DNA from: Lytechinus pictus
Taxonomy: Eukaryota
Length of the DNA: 64,000 nt
NCBI RefSeq assembly: GCF_037042905.1
Contig: NC_087253.1
Coordinates: 8,804,001-8,868,000, forward strand
Direction of reading: 5' to 3'
Shown: piece after piece, positions 11,471-22,523 of the stretch
Position numbering within the stretch: the stretch's first letter is position 1
Layout: each line of letters begins with the position of its first letter
Made by a program: the position numbers and the translations under genes
The notes under the pieces: generated by a model
What the model saw: the letters and a program-made list of their open reading frames with translations, nothing else
What the model was told of the DNA's origin: nothing
The model's database searches: none

Positions 11471-13572
11471 TAACTATCCTAATTTATTCTGAGTGATCTG
11501 GTTTGACCATTTATAAAGAAATGCGGTTCAGGTTTTTGCCCCCCCCCCCCCCCCTGTTTCATGTGAGTATTTTTTCAACTTAGAATAGATATTCTTGTTT
11601 TCATTCCCTGCTTATTCTTCATATTCCGTTTTCCTTTTTATGCTGGTTATTTCCCTGTTTGTTTTGGTATTAATGTACACTACCATGACCATCGTCGATA
11701 ATGAGCGCCTCCCCCCATCGGTCTGGTCTCTCCCAAAATCCATTCACTGGTGGGACACCATAGTTGCTGATTGGGGAAACGATGAACGCTATTTGCGATA
11801 AGGTCTATTCGTGTGTATAAAGTGCATGTGTTCGGTACGATCGCGATGTGTTTATGTTTTGACCAAGGCGGAAGTGGAACGCGAATGGCATTATGGACTG
11901 ACGTCATGAATAAATTACCCCGAGTCCAATCTCGAGTGCGTCTGCACCTGCGAATTAGCGGGATAATTCGTAAAATAGCGCGCTATTTTGCAAATAAACC
12001 CGAGTTGACTTGGGATTGCAATCTCGAGATTAATCCTACGAACTAGCGCGATAATTGCGTCTCCATTGCAAACAATCTCGAGATTTTTCAGATCGGGATA
12101 ATTTGCCGGATCAGAAATAGCGCGCTAATTTGAAAACTCGGGATGGTGCAGACGGCCCTCTTTTGTCGGTATATAAGTTGATGTTTGTTCACCATTACAG
12201 ACTGAGTACGAGATGCTAGATATGTGCGAAACCAGTCCAATGCAAGGCCTTGGATTCCATACCAATGTGACATTCTATGCAACGTGATGTCATGGCCAAT
12301 TGCATCGAATTCCGATGAATAGTCCAAAAGGACTAGAAATACTTCATGACCTCTATCCAAGGACATCAGTATATCATTGGAAACACGTAAGAGTGCTGTC
12401 TCACAGCTATGGAAATGTCTGTAAGCTGATTGAGTTCTTGCAAGGAGACGGTGTTCAGACAGGTAATTCCGCAGTTGAATAGCTGCTGCTCTGTCTACTG
12501 TCCTTGCCAGAAACTTAAGATTTGCAATTGGTCGATCATCTCTGTCCAGCTTATGATCTTTGATGAGAGGACATATGTAAGACATCTTTAAGCCATTAGG
12601 AAAACAGCCAGTTCGAAAAGATTCATTAATGATGCACGTAATTATAGGTACAAGCTCATCACAGCATTTGTCCAGTAAGCAAGTTGGAAAGGCCTCAAGA
12701 CTACATGTTGATGTTGTAGAATTTTGATTATATCTGCCACCTGCTTATCTGACTCAGAAATGCCCTCCAGTTTTTCAACAAAAGACTGCATAAAACGTTC
12801 AGGAAGAGAAGTTTCTGAGTCATTGCCCGGCAAAGCCTTTGAAGAATGTGGACAAGAGAGTTTATCAATGTTCTGGAACAATTCACGAGAACTGCAAACA
12901 GACAGCTGGTCTCTGTGATACATTAACTTAGCAGTATCCAGAGCCTTCTTATATTCAGCACATTTAGTCTTGAAAATCTGTCGATGAATTACTTGGCCAG
13001 AATTCGATGATGAGAAACGTTCCAGCCTTCGAAGTTCCTGCTTCGCACGACGGAGCTCATCATTACACCATGGGGAGTTTGGTCGACATCTTACTGTGTG
13101 AGATAGAAGAGGAGCATGTTTGTCCAAGAGAGTACTGAGAACAGATTCATACTGAAGTATCAGATCATCAACACTATCAGCAGGGTTCCAGATACAATTC
13201 AGACTGTCTTAGGTCCTCACGAAACGACTCAACATAAGTTTGACGCAATTTACGCATCTTCACTTCAATATATGACGGTACAGGTTGGCTAATCATCAAG
13301 GTACACTTGCTTCTCATTGGCATGAATTGGTGATGTTAGGAGGATTGTGGTAGGCATGACTAAAATTGGTTTGAAAATCTTGATTGCTATTCATTATTCT
13401 TTCCAGATTAGGCCTATATTCAATAGGCCTATCACCATATGAAAATTTCATGAAAACCATTTCTTGCATAAAAAAAACTTGCGTTGTTTCTTTGTTTTCG
13501 ATTTGTAAATTTAGCTCCGGTTGATGGGTCTTTTAATTTAGTAGATGAATTAATATTGTATGATGTGGTTAT

Positions 13573-13729
13573 GGGGACAGTTGCAAAAAGTTACTATTAT
13601 GGTACTTTTGCAATCCAATGGTAACTACCAAGGTAACGGTTATCAACAACCAATCAAAATCAATGATTCCATGCAAGTAACCATTGCATGGCAAGGTTAC
13701 CATTATGGTAACTTTTATGCAACAGGGCC
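13573..13729. mobile_element. Short palindromic MITE (paralogous copy at 22946..23109)
   Basis: Imperfect TIRs GG..C.GTTGCA.AAAAGT / ACTTTTATGCAACAGGGCC with internal GGTAAC/GTTACC palindromes. Confidence 0.55.
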
Positions 13730-14704
13730 TTGGTATTCTGTGTTACTCTTTAGAAGGAAACACAGGGTAAAATAAGTTACGACGGGAAATTTGCTAGAAA
13801 TAAGAAACGAAAAGATATTCTAAATTTTAGTTTAAACCGAAGCTTAATACACCACTGATCTGAGGGTCCCTTTTGTCATTTTTAATAAAAAGACTGGCAA
13901 TAGTTATGATGCAATATAGTACTGTTGTGTAGCGCATGAGTTTTCATTACTCATACTTTTCTCAAAATGTCATTTGGATCAGGGTTGAAATCAATTGGTC
14001 ATAATTACACAATTCACCCTTTCAAAATATTCATGAGATAATTTGAGATTAAATAGAGAAAATACAGGAAAGCTCACTTTGCAAATAAGATAAAAATTTG
14101 ATGTACAATAGGGAGTTATGACATTTATCTATTCATTCATTTTTTTACAAATGAATTCACACAACAGTGATCTACATATCATTGGCGGTAATGTAGATCA
14201 CGCAGATGAAGGAAACTTTCAAAGTTTTATATTTTTTAGAACGATTTTGATAAAAAATATTAATGAACATTTTACATTTTATTATGTTATGCAGGACCTG
14301 CTTGGAGAATAGTTTTCGGAAATTAATTTGTTACCTTGGGTAAAAATAAGTGAATTGAATAAATGAAAAATATGTCATTATTATCATTAGATCTATTTAA
14401 ATCATGTTGTTTTGTCGACAGACTTCACCATACCGAGTGTTGATTAGAATGTATAGAGGGGGAGTTGGGGATGGGGGTGGGGAGAATAAGAGAGGCGAGA
14501 GAGAGAGGGGGAGGGATGATTGCGTGTTACCATAGTTATTGCAATGTCATAATGATTGATTTCCTCCATTGATATTATTTTGCTGTTGGATTTCTCAATA
14601 AAACGTCTATTATCATGATTAAACCCGGGATAACCTAAGACGAAACAAAAGAGTCCCCCCCCCCCAAAAAAAAAAAAAATACTCACCAATTTTCATGATA
14701 TTAA

Positions 14705-15252
14705 AGGTCAAGTCCACCCCAGAAAAAAAATTATTTGAATGAATACAGAAAAATCAAACTAGCATGACGCTGAAAATTTTATCAAAATCGAATGTAAAAA
14801 TTAAAAAAAAGTTGACATTTTAAAGTTTCGCTTATTTTTCACAAAGAAGTTATTTGCACAACTCCGTGAAATGCAAATGAGACACTCGATGATGACCCTC
14901 ACTCACTAATTATTTTGCTTTTTATTGTTTGAATATTTCATTTTTATAGATTTGTCAATACGGACCAACTTGACTGAACCATTGCTAACTCTACACGTTC
15001 CGGGAGGAATTAATCTTTGCTTCACTTGACAATGAGTAGGAAATTTTCATATTTCATGAGTGGATGACGTCATGAGTCTCCTCATTAATTTTGCAAACCG
15101 ACCAGGATGTACATATACCTTTTTTGTGAAACTTTAAAATGTCATGATTTTATTATTTGACATCCAATTTTCATGAAATTTCCAATGTTATGCTTGTTGG
15201 GTTTTTTTTTCTTTGTATTCAAATCAACTTTTTGTTGGGGTGGACGTGTCCT
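14705..15252. mobile_element. TTAA-flanked Kolobok-like MITE, complete
   Basis: TTAA|AGGTCAAGTCCACCCC ... GGGGTGGACGTGTCCT|TTAA. Confidence 0.75.
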
Positions 15253-15739
15253 TTAAAGCTTTGCAAAAAAAAAATACGCTCATTTAAAATCACGAGTAAA
15301 TTCCAACGTCAAGCGTATTTTCTTTGAGTAAATGCAAATTTGTAGTTGACTACCAGCCCCAGCATATTCTATTTTTAGTAGGACATACGCTTGATTTAAA
15401 ATTGAACATAATTTCTTGCGCCGCCCTCTATGGAATGCAAAGTTAGTATCGATATGGTTGGATTGAATCTCGAATAAAATATTTGGGAAATAGGTAACGT
15501 GAAATTATGGTAATGCGATTTACGATACGCATATTGGTGAGCGTGTTGGCAATGATTGAGTATGTTTGTTTTCAGGATTTTTTTCTCCTCCCTATCATCC
15601 CGTCATTGCATTCAAAACATGGAATTCAAATTGTACTTTTACCTTTTACATATCAGTACTCTGTATTCTCATTTTGCAACATATTATGTGATCTTTTATC
15701 TTCTTGTTATTCTTCTACAACTTTTTTTTTTCTTGTTCA

Positions 15740-15960
15740 TTGTCTTCTTCTCAATCTTCTTTTTTTTTCTCCTCCTCCTTCCTCTTCCCATTCTCCTTCT
15801 CCCTCTTCTTTTCTCCTTCTTCTTCTTCTACTCCATCTTCTTCTTCTCCTCCTCCTTCTTTCCCTTCTCCTTCTCCTCATACTTTTCTTCTTATTTTCCT
15901 TCTTCTTTTTCTTTTTTAAAAATCTTCTTCTTTTTCTTCTTCTTTCTCTTCTTTGTTTTA
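15740..15960. repeat. (CTT/CTC)n low-complexity repeat
   Basis: Degenerate trinucleotide pyrimidine tract. Confidence 0.85.
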
Positions 15961-16369
15961 ATTATGGGTGTGGTTTACATTCCCTATTTATCGTAAATAA
16001 TATGTATGGTTTAATACGCAGTAGTATGTTATTTATTGCATTCAGTCTGTGATATTATGTGTACTTTTTAATTATGTAAGTAATTCCACTGCTTTGAGAC
16101 TGTACATTTTTTATATTGTATATCCATGTTCAATTCAGTCTTTGTTACTGCGATCATGAAGCTATTAATAGCTTCATGGTTTATAACTTGAATATCTATC
16201 CGTGTATATGAATATCCATGAGAACCTATGACCATGAAGCTATAAAACACAGACCATGCGGTATTTCTTGACTTTGGATTGACATCGGGCCTGGATCGCT
16301 ACGAAAATGTATCGCCAGACGCATGCGAGGGTGTGTGCGGATGTGTGTGAGAGAGGGTGTGTGTGTGTA

Positions 16370-16475
16370 GGTGTCGTGGCCGAGTGGTCTAAGGCGCCTG
16401 ACTTTACTTTGAAAGTCCGGGGTTCGATCCTCGGCTGCGGTACCTATGCCCGTGAGCAAAGCATTATCCTGCATT
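16370..16475 (+). mobile_element. tRNA-derived SINE head
   Basis: A box TGGCCGAGTGG and B box GGTTCGATCC, followed by a non-tRNA body (CCCGTGAGCAAAGCATT); lies next to a (GT)n tract. Confidence 0.7.
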
Positions 16476-16655
16476 CAACTTTATAGTCGTGTTAACCACC
16501 TAGAAGTCAGCTATATACATTCAGGGCATGTTATAAAACCGAAAGCTACAGGTTTATAAAATTAGGCTAAGCAGATCTATTTTGATATAGACAAACGTTA
16601 TCCTCTGCCTCACTTGAAGACCCCAATAGACTGAGGCTATGAATCGTTGACGTTT

Positions 16656-18396
16656 CTATTTGACGATGCAATCGCCAGCAATAAGCTTCTTCATCAACCA
16701 CTCAGCGAAATGATGGCAGTTGTTTGTGAATAGGTGATACGCTCCATGAATCGGTCCAAAGTCCCTGGCCATCTTTTCTGCCTGGTCCAAGGTGCAGTTG
16801 CTTCCTCTCTGCAAGCTCCAGATGGCAGGACAAACGTGAGAGTCACGCCCGATGGTCACTTCTCCGTAGTCGTAGACCACGCTAGCACCCCACTCGAAGG
16901 TCTTGCCCCGGAAGTAAACGAAGGAGTGGTCGTACTTGTAGGGGTTGACCTTGCCGGTGGGTAGTTTCATATACTCTGTGCGATTTGGTTGGCGTAGTTA
17001 GACGGTAAGTTGCGGAGATGATTTGCTGTCGGTTGTTCAGGAGCTTTGTCAGGTTTTGTAGGAAGACCGCATGTGAAGTCGACAAATTCTATGGCTCCAA
17101 GCCAAACATCTGCCATAGGTTCTGTGCATTAAATAATTAAGGGAAATTTTGAAGCTAGATGTCAAGTTACACAGTATTCATGGAAATTAATCCAAGTGGT
17201 TTGTGGCTAGATTAGAATTTAATACATAATGTAATAGTCACATGAAGGGAAGGCATTTGGCAGCACAAAAATGGATTACTAAAATACAGACGTAAAACAT
17301 AACCGAAACGCAAATAGAACTGCGATTTGAATATAGCGAGAGATTCTTGAATGTAACTTTTTACAGTGCGTGAATCATCACTACTATCCTTAGTTTTACA
17401 CTATGACTTTCTTTTCAATTAAAAATCAAGTCATGCATGAGTGAGTGTAAAAATCAAATACACAAAATATTAAATGAACACCGAAATGATAATTTTACCC
17501 ATGCTTGTAGTTTTAAATTCAAACCTATGACCCATTCCTATAATATCAATTTGTTCACTTTAAATCTGTAGCACTAGGAGAACGATACCCGTCTATGGTA
17601 ATTCAATGGGATTTGAATTGGGAGACGACCTGAAGATGAAGCAACTTTCTTCTTAGTGAATAGAGGTATCCCAATCAAGCATTTCCATAGAAGTTACATT
17701 AATGACAAAGTTACAATAGTTGTAAACCATGTAAACGGACCCCCGTGTTCATACTTTGAACTCCGACGTCACAGAATAGAATGCATCTCAAGGTCTTGTT
17801 ACAATCGAACGACGGAGGGAAACTTTAGAACCGTTTGAGCAACCTGAAAATAGGATTGGTCAAAATAACTAATGCATAGGTGAATATGTGCCCAACAATC
17901 AATTTATTGTTTAGAATCTACCATGCTTTTTACTGATATAGATCATTCTCATTGATCATGAAGATTTCCAACAATGCCTCTATTGGCTACTTTGATCATA
18001 GTGTAAAAAGGGAACACACTGGGGTGAAACATTTATAAAGACATGTTTCGCTCTGTGAATGTATCAAGGGCGTAGGCTGGGTTAAGCATGGGGAGGTGCA
18101 CATCTTGGGGAGGTAGAACTAAAGTTTGCAAAATCAGCTGTTGAAAGCAAAAGAAGGGGTACGAATTTCGTTTTGCTTGCAAGTGTCGGAACGCCTCTGC
18201 CTCAGTGGGTGGTTGCTCGTGCACCCAGTCCAGCCTACGCCCTTGTATATCAATGGCAAATCAAATACTCACCGGTTAGGATGCCATGGAAGGGTTTATT
18301 CGGTTTTGTCGAGCCTGTACTGGACGCACCACACGCAAAACAAAGAGATATCATCAGAGACAAACAGCTCAAATTAAGCAATATTTTTCAGCCCAT
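16656..18396 (-). pseudogene. Three-exon pseudogene of a secreted PPPDE/LRAT-like permuted papain-fold (NlpC/P60 clan) peptidase; exons 18396-18273, 17843-17589, 17121-16656
   Basis: Exon 1 MG*KILLNLSCLSLMISLCFA is signal-peptide-like and ends G|GTGAGT (phase 1). Exon 2 is 255 nt, phase 1-1, with 4 stops. Exon 3 follows CAG, has one frameshift, and encodes HSFVYFRGKTFEWG...YHLFTNNCHHF (His...Asn-Cys catalytic motifs). Confidence 0.7.
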
Positions 18397-18660
18397 GGTG
18401 TATGATTTAGAAATCCGAAGAACTAGTGTTTATCCAGAACCAATAATCATGATAATGACGTTTGAACCTTTAACTCAAAGATAAGAAGAGATCCCAAATC
18501 ATTCGATTATCATATAATCATGCAGGCATATCGTTCAAACTGTCATAAAATACGTTTTACATCCTCTTTGCTTCCGTAAGTGAATGTTGGACCGTGCCTC
18601 AAGCTCATAGGGTTTTAAACACGAAGTATACACTTTCCAAGGATGTAGATGAAACATTAA

Positions 18661-19228
18661 AGGACAGTCGGATGTACAATAAGAAAGTTATGATATTTTG
18701 AAGTTTTTCTTAATTTCACAAAACAGTTATATGCACATTCTGGTCGGTAAGCAAATGAGCAGACTGATGACGTCACCCATTCACTATTTCTTTTGTGTTT
18801 TATTAAATGAAATATGAAAAACTCTCATTTTTTCCTCATTGTCATGTGAAACAAATTGTTATTCCTCCCTCAACATGTGGAATAACAGTTTTTTAATAGT
18901 TTATGGTTATAAAGTAAAAAGGTCATTATTGTCAAATCTGTAAAAATTGAAATATTGTATAACTCAAAAAAAAAAAAAAAAAAAATAGCGAGTGAGGGAC
19001 ATCATCGACTCTCTCATTTACATATCACTGAGTTATGCATCTTAGCAGTCAGGTATAAAACTTCTGTATAACATAACATAACATAACTGTTTTGTGAAAA
19101 ATAAGCGAAACTTAAAAATGTCATAAATTTCTTTTTTACATCCGATTTCGAGGAAATTTCCAGCGTTATGCTTGTTTGAACTTTCTCTAGCGATTTAAAT
19201 CAACAATTTTCTGGGGTGGACTTGACCT
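18661..19228. mobile_element. Duplicated copy of the 5734..6307 Kolobok-like MITE
   Basis: Same ends and same internal deletion as the first copy. Confidence 0.6.
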
Positions 19229-19945
19229 TCAAGTAAATTTTCATATTAATTCAGTTTTGAATCATGTGATATTCATTAAGCACGAGTATTAGATTTGTGA
19301 GGGCAGTATTGCTAAACCTGATGGAATATTTTTTCCCCCAATATTTGATGCATTTCGACAGGGGCGAATTTGTTAAAGCGTTAATCGTAGACGAAGGAAG
19401 AGATAGAGGGAGATAGAGAGAGAGAAAGAGAGTCTGAGAAAGAGATGAATTAATTACTTTTTATAATGGATTTGTTCACCTCGCAGTTTATGACCTCTGT
19501 TTCTATCCACCAGTATATTAACACAATACCTCTTCCACGGATTGGTGCCCATTATGAATATCATTTTTTTTTCCAACGCGCGACTAGACTATATGAACGT
19601 GGCAGTCTATCATACTGGATAAACCTAAAGCAAATCTACTTATTAAACATGGCGTACTGTGGGGCGCACGTTAAACACAAATGATTCCTGTAACGTTAAG
19701 CACTATATGCTACTGAAGGAAGACATTGCGTGTGTTTTTATTAGCATTCGCGTTTATGTTTTTGGACTAATATTCTGATCTGCGTCACACGATGGGGTGA
19801 ATGATGATCACAGGACTTTGTTGGAAAGGCTCTAAGGAGGAGGAGGAGGAGGATGAGGAGGCTTCAGACACTCGAGTGGTATATTTGGAGCTGGTTTGAA
19901 ACACATTTACTCGGCAACATAAACACCCGATGGGAGATCGTCAAG

Positions 19946-21477
19946 ATGGGACTACAAGTTCTGTATTGGGTTGCTGCTATTACTCTCCCTATCGTCAATC
20001 GCGACGATGTTTACGGCGATGTACCATTTAAATGACCTTAAAGAGATAAGAGCGAAGAAGAATTCTGCATTGGGCATCCGACAGCTCGAAATGAAAGGAA
20101 TCCTTCATCGTCTGGTTTGGGGGAAGCCTCAATATCCTCGGACAAGAATAGAGGTTCACCTGAGGGAGATGACGCTTTTCGGAATCTCAGTATTATATCA
20201 TTTAGATATGACACACTGTCTGTTCGTAGAAATCTAACTCACAGCATTGCTAATGTAGACGACGATGTTCTGACGTTCGATACATATGACATTTTTAAAC
20301 CACTATCGAATGTAACCAGTGAAGAAAGCAGCTTGGTTCACAAAATCTAACAAAAACAGAGAAACGCTGACTTTAACTGTGTCATCAGGATTGCCAAGTA
20401 TTGTTCCTCTCGTTGTGATTATCTAGTTAAAGGTAAACATTCGAGGGAATGGACGCCATTCAGATGTGAACTCAGTGAGTTCTGCAGGTTTGAGACTCGT
20501 TTTATAGGTAACCTCACCAAGGAGGTTATGAAGACCATCGATGTTGTTTTCTTTATACCCGGATATCGGGATGTTCGTCTGAAGCAAGTGATGGCTGCAA
20601 GACCACCAGGACAACTCTAGGTCCTCTGCGCCAAAGAGAGTCCTCAGCATGACCCAGATTATGCTCCTCGAGGTCTAACAGGAAACCCTTTCAATCTCAC
20701 CATGACGTATGTCAGGGACAGTGACATTTACTTCCCATACGCCACCGTGCGGAAGCTTGGGAAGCCAAATGAACATCCGCCAGATATTCCAAAGAAAACC
20801 AAGCTGATAGCTTGGATGGCATCCAACTGCAATCCATATTATTGGAAACGAACTGAACTAGTGAAAGCGATTCAAGGGAATATCTCAGTGGATATGTACG
20901 GCAAGTGCGGTACGGGAAGACTTGCCCATGATAAAACCATGGAGACCCTCAAGCAATATAAATTCTATATCGCGTTTGAAAATAGCGAATGCCGGGATTA
21001 CATCACGGAGAAGGTGTGGAAAAATTGCCTTTTACAGGGAATCGTACCCATCGTCTACGGATCAACGCGCGAAGGCTACGAGAAGTCACTCCCAAGGAAT
21101 TCCTTCATCTCCGTAGAGGATTTCAGTAACATGAGCGAATTTGTAGATTACATTCACGCACTGGATAAAGACGACGCGCGTTACATGAAATATTTCGACT
21201 GGAGGAGGGACGGCGCAGTGCAGTTTCACTCTCCATCTGCGTTCAGAGGTAGCAGACCGGAACTGAATTTCTGTTACCTCGTCAAAAAACTACTCCACGT
21301 CTTCGTACATCCAGAGAACACTTGGCAGAAAAGAAATCCAGATTTTGCATCTTGGTGGCGAGGGCAATGTGCCGATTATTCTATTAAGAAAATCGTTCTG
21401 GGATTCAATACCCATCGGTCAAGAGAAGAAAGGCAATCATCAATGCATCTAAGAGACGTGGTGACATAGAAATGTAG
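19946..21477 (+). pseudogene. Alpha-1,3-fucosyltransferase pseudogene (paralog of 7000..8559)
   Basis: 8-nt and 22-nt deletions near the 5' end; CAA->TAA at 20348; TGG->TAG at 20618; 1-nt deletion near 21430. The catalytic-half ORF 20702..21469 is still open. Confidence 0.92.
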
Positions 21478-21959
21478 TTGGTGTAATTAATTGATATGAA
21501 AAGCCATCGAGATGTTATCATGCTAAAAAGATCTGGTTAGAGTTCTACCTTGAATATATAGGTCTAAGTACATCATGCGAGTTATTTGAGAATTCGTTTG
21601 ACATGTTGGAAATAACGACAGTTTATGATAAGACAGTCCGCGAAATTCGAAGTTATAATTGATGCGCGATGAGATACAGAGCCGTATCAACACCTCTGGT
21701 TCAACTGGAAGGGACAGGAATAGTGAACTTGCCAATATTCGATACTGGCCTACAAGAGAACCCCTCTCTTTATATTACAAGATTCTAATTAATGCAGTAG
21801 CTGTATTGTAATGGGAATATCTTAATTAGTTTCTCAAGTTATTCGGAAATGATGTTTAAACAGACTGTGATGCAGAAATGTGGAATAAAAAATATATATT
21901 ATGTTCTAACTGCTAAAGAAGCAAAGAAATTCAAAACAAATTTTTGAGAATATACTTAG

Positions 21960-22523
21960 AGGGATGCTCCGGGCTGAAAATATTTATATCTCAATAAATA
22001 TAGAAAAATTCACAAAGCAAAATGCTGAAAATTTCATTGAAATTGGATAACATATAACGAAGTTATTGAATTTGATAGATATGCATTATTCTGGAAAAAC
22101 AGTTCTAAGCACGTCTTCGTTGTTCTTTGCATTTTATTAAATGAAATCAGGTTTGGTCATTTTTTTTTTACCACTAACCAAAACAATTGGATTGACAATT
22201 GATTTAGTGCATTAGTTATTTCTTGCTGCAACTTATTTCATCATAATTGAGACACATCATTTACACATGTATGAAAAAAATGAATTAATTATGATTATCA
22301 TGTAATAACATAAGGAAAAGAAAGTGGGGGTATGACATCATCGGCCCATCTGATCAATATTCATGAAGACATGCCTATAATTTTTTCACCGGAATAATGC
22401 AAATCTTTAAAATTCAATAACCTCGTTATTCATTATCCGATTTTGAGGAAATTTTCCTCATTTTGCTTTGTGAATTTTACTCTATTTATTGAGATACAAA
22501 TATCTTCTGCCCGGAGCATCCCT
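21960..22523. mobile_element. TTAA-type Kolobok-like MITE
   Basis: TIR AGGGATGCTCCGGGC / GCCCGGAGCATCCCT; flanks TTAG / TTAA. Confidence 0.75.

Larger units (their letters stand above)
10334..12159. mobile_element. PIF/Harbinger-like non-autonomous DNA transposon inserted in the L2
   Basis: TIR core CTGCACCATCCCGAGTTT at both ends; 3-bp TSD CTT; excision restores in-frame TKGVPQGS; subterminal AATCTCGAGATT palindromes. Confidence 0.8.
8590..13306 (-). mobile_element. L2-clade LINE, 5'-truncated and decayed, split by nested insertions
   Basis: QSAYRHFHSCETALLRVSNDI, GVPQGS, FYADDT, LDYCNSLLYG, WLPV.SRIKFKILL, APELWNSIP motifs; L2-type tail at ~8590-8650. Confidence 0.88.

Noticed and set aside
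11102-11496. F/L/S-rich ORFs resembling membrane proteins
   Set aside because: Translations of a pyrimidine low-complexity tract.
15507-16052. 181-aa hydrophobic ORF and overlapping ORFs
   Set aside because: Derived from the (CTT)n tract; open in several frames.
16370-16445. Functional tRNA gene
   Set aside because: Poor acceptor stem, no T-run terminator, and it runs into a SINE-like body.
20702-21469. Independent functional 255-aa fucosyltransferase
   Set aside because: Lacks the TM anchor and the N-terminal part of the catalytic domain; upstream homologous sequence has stops and frameshifts.
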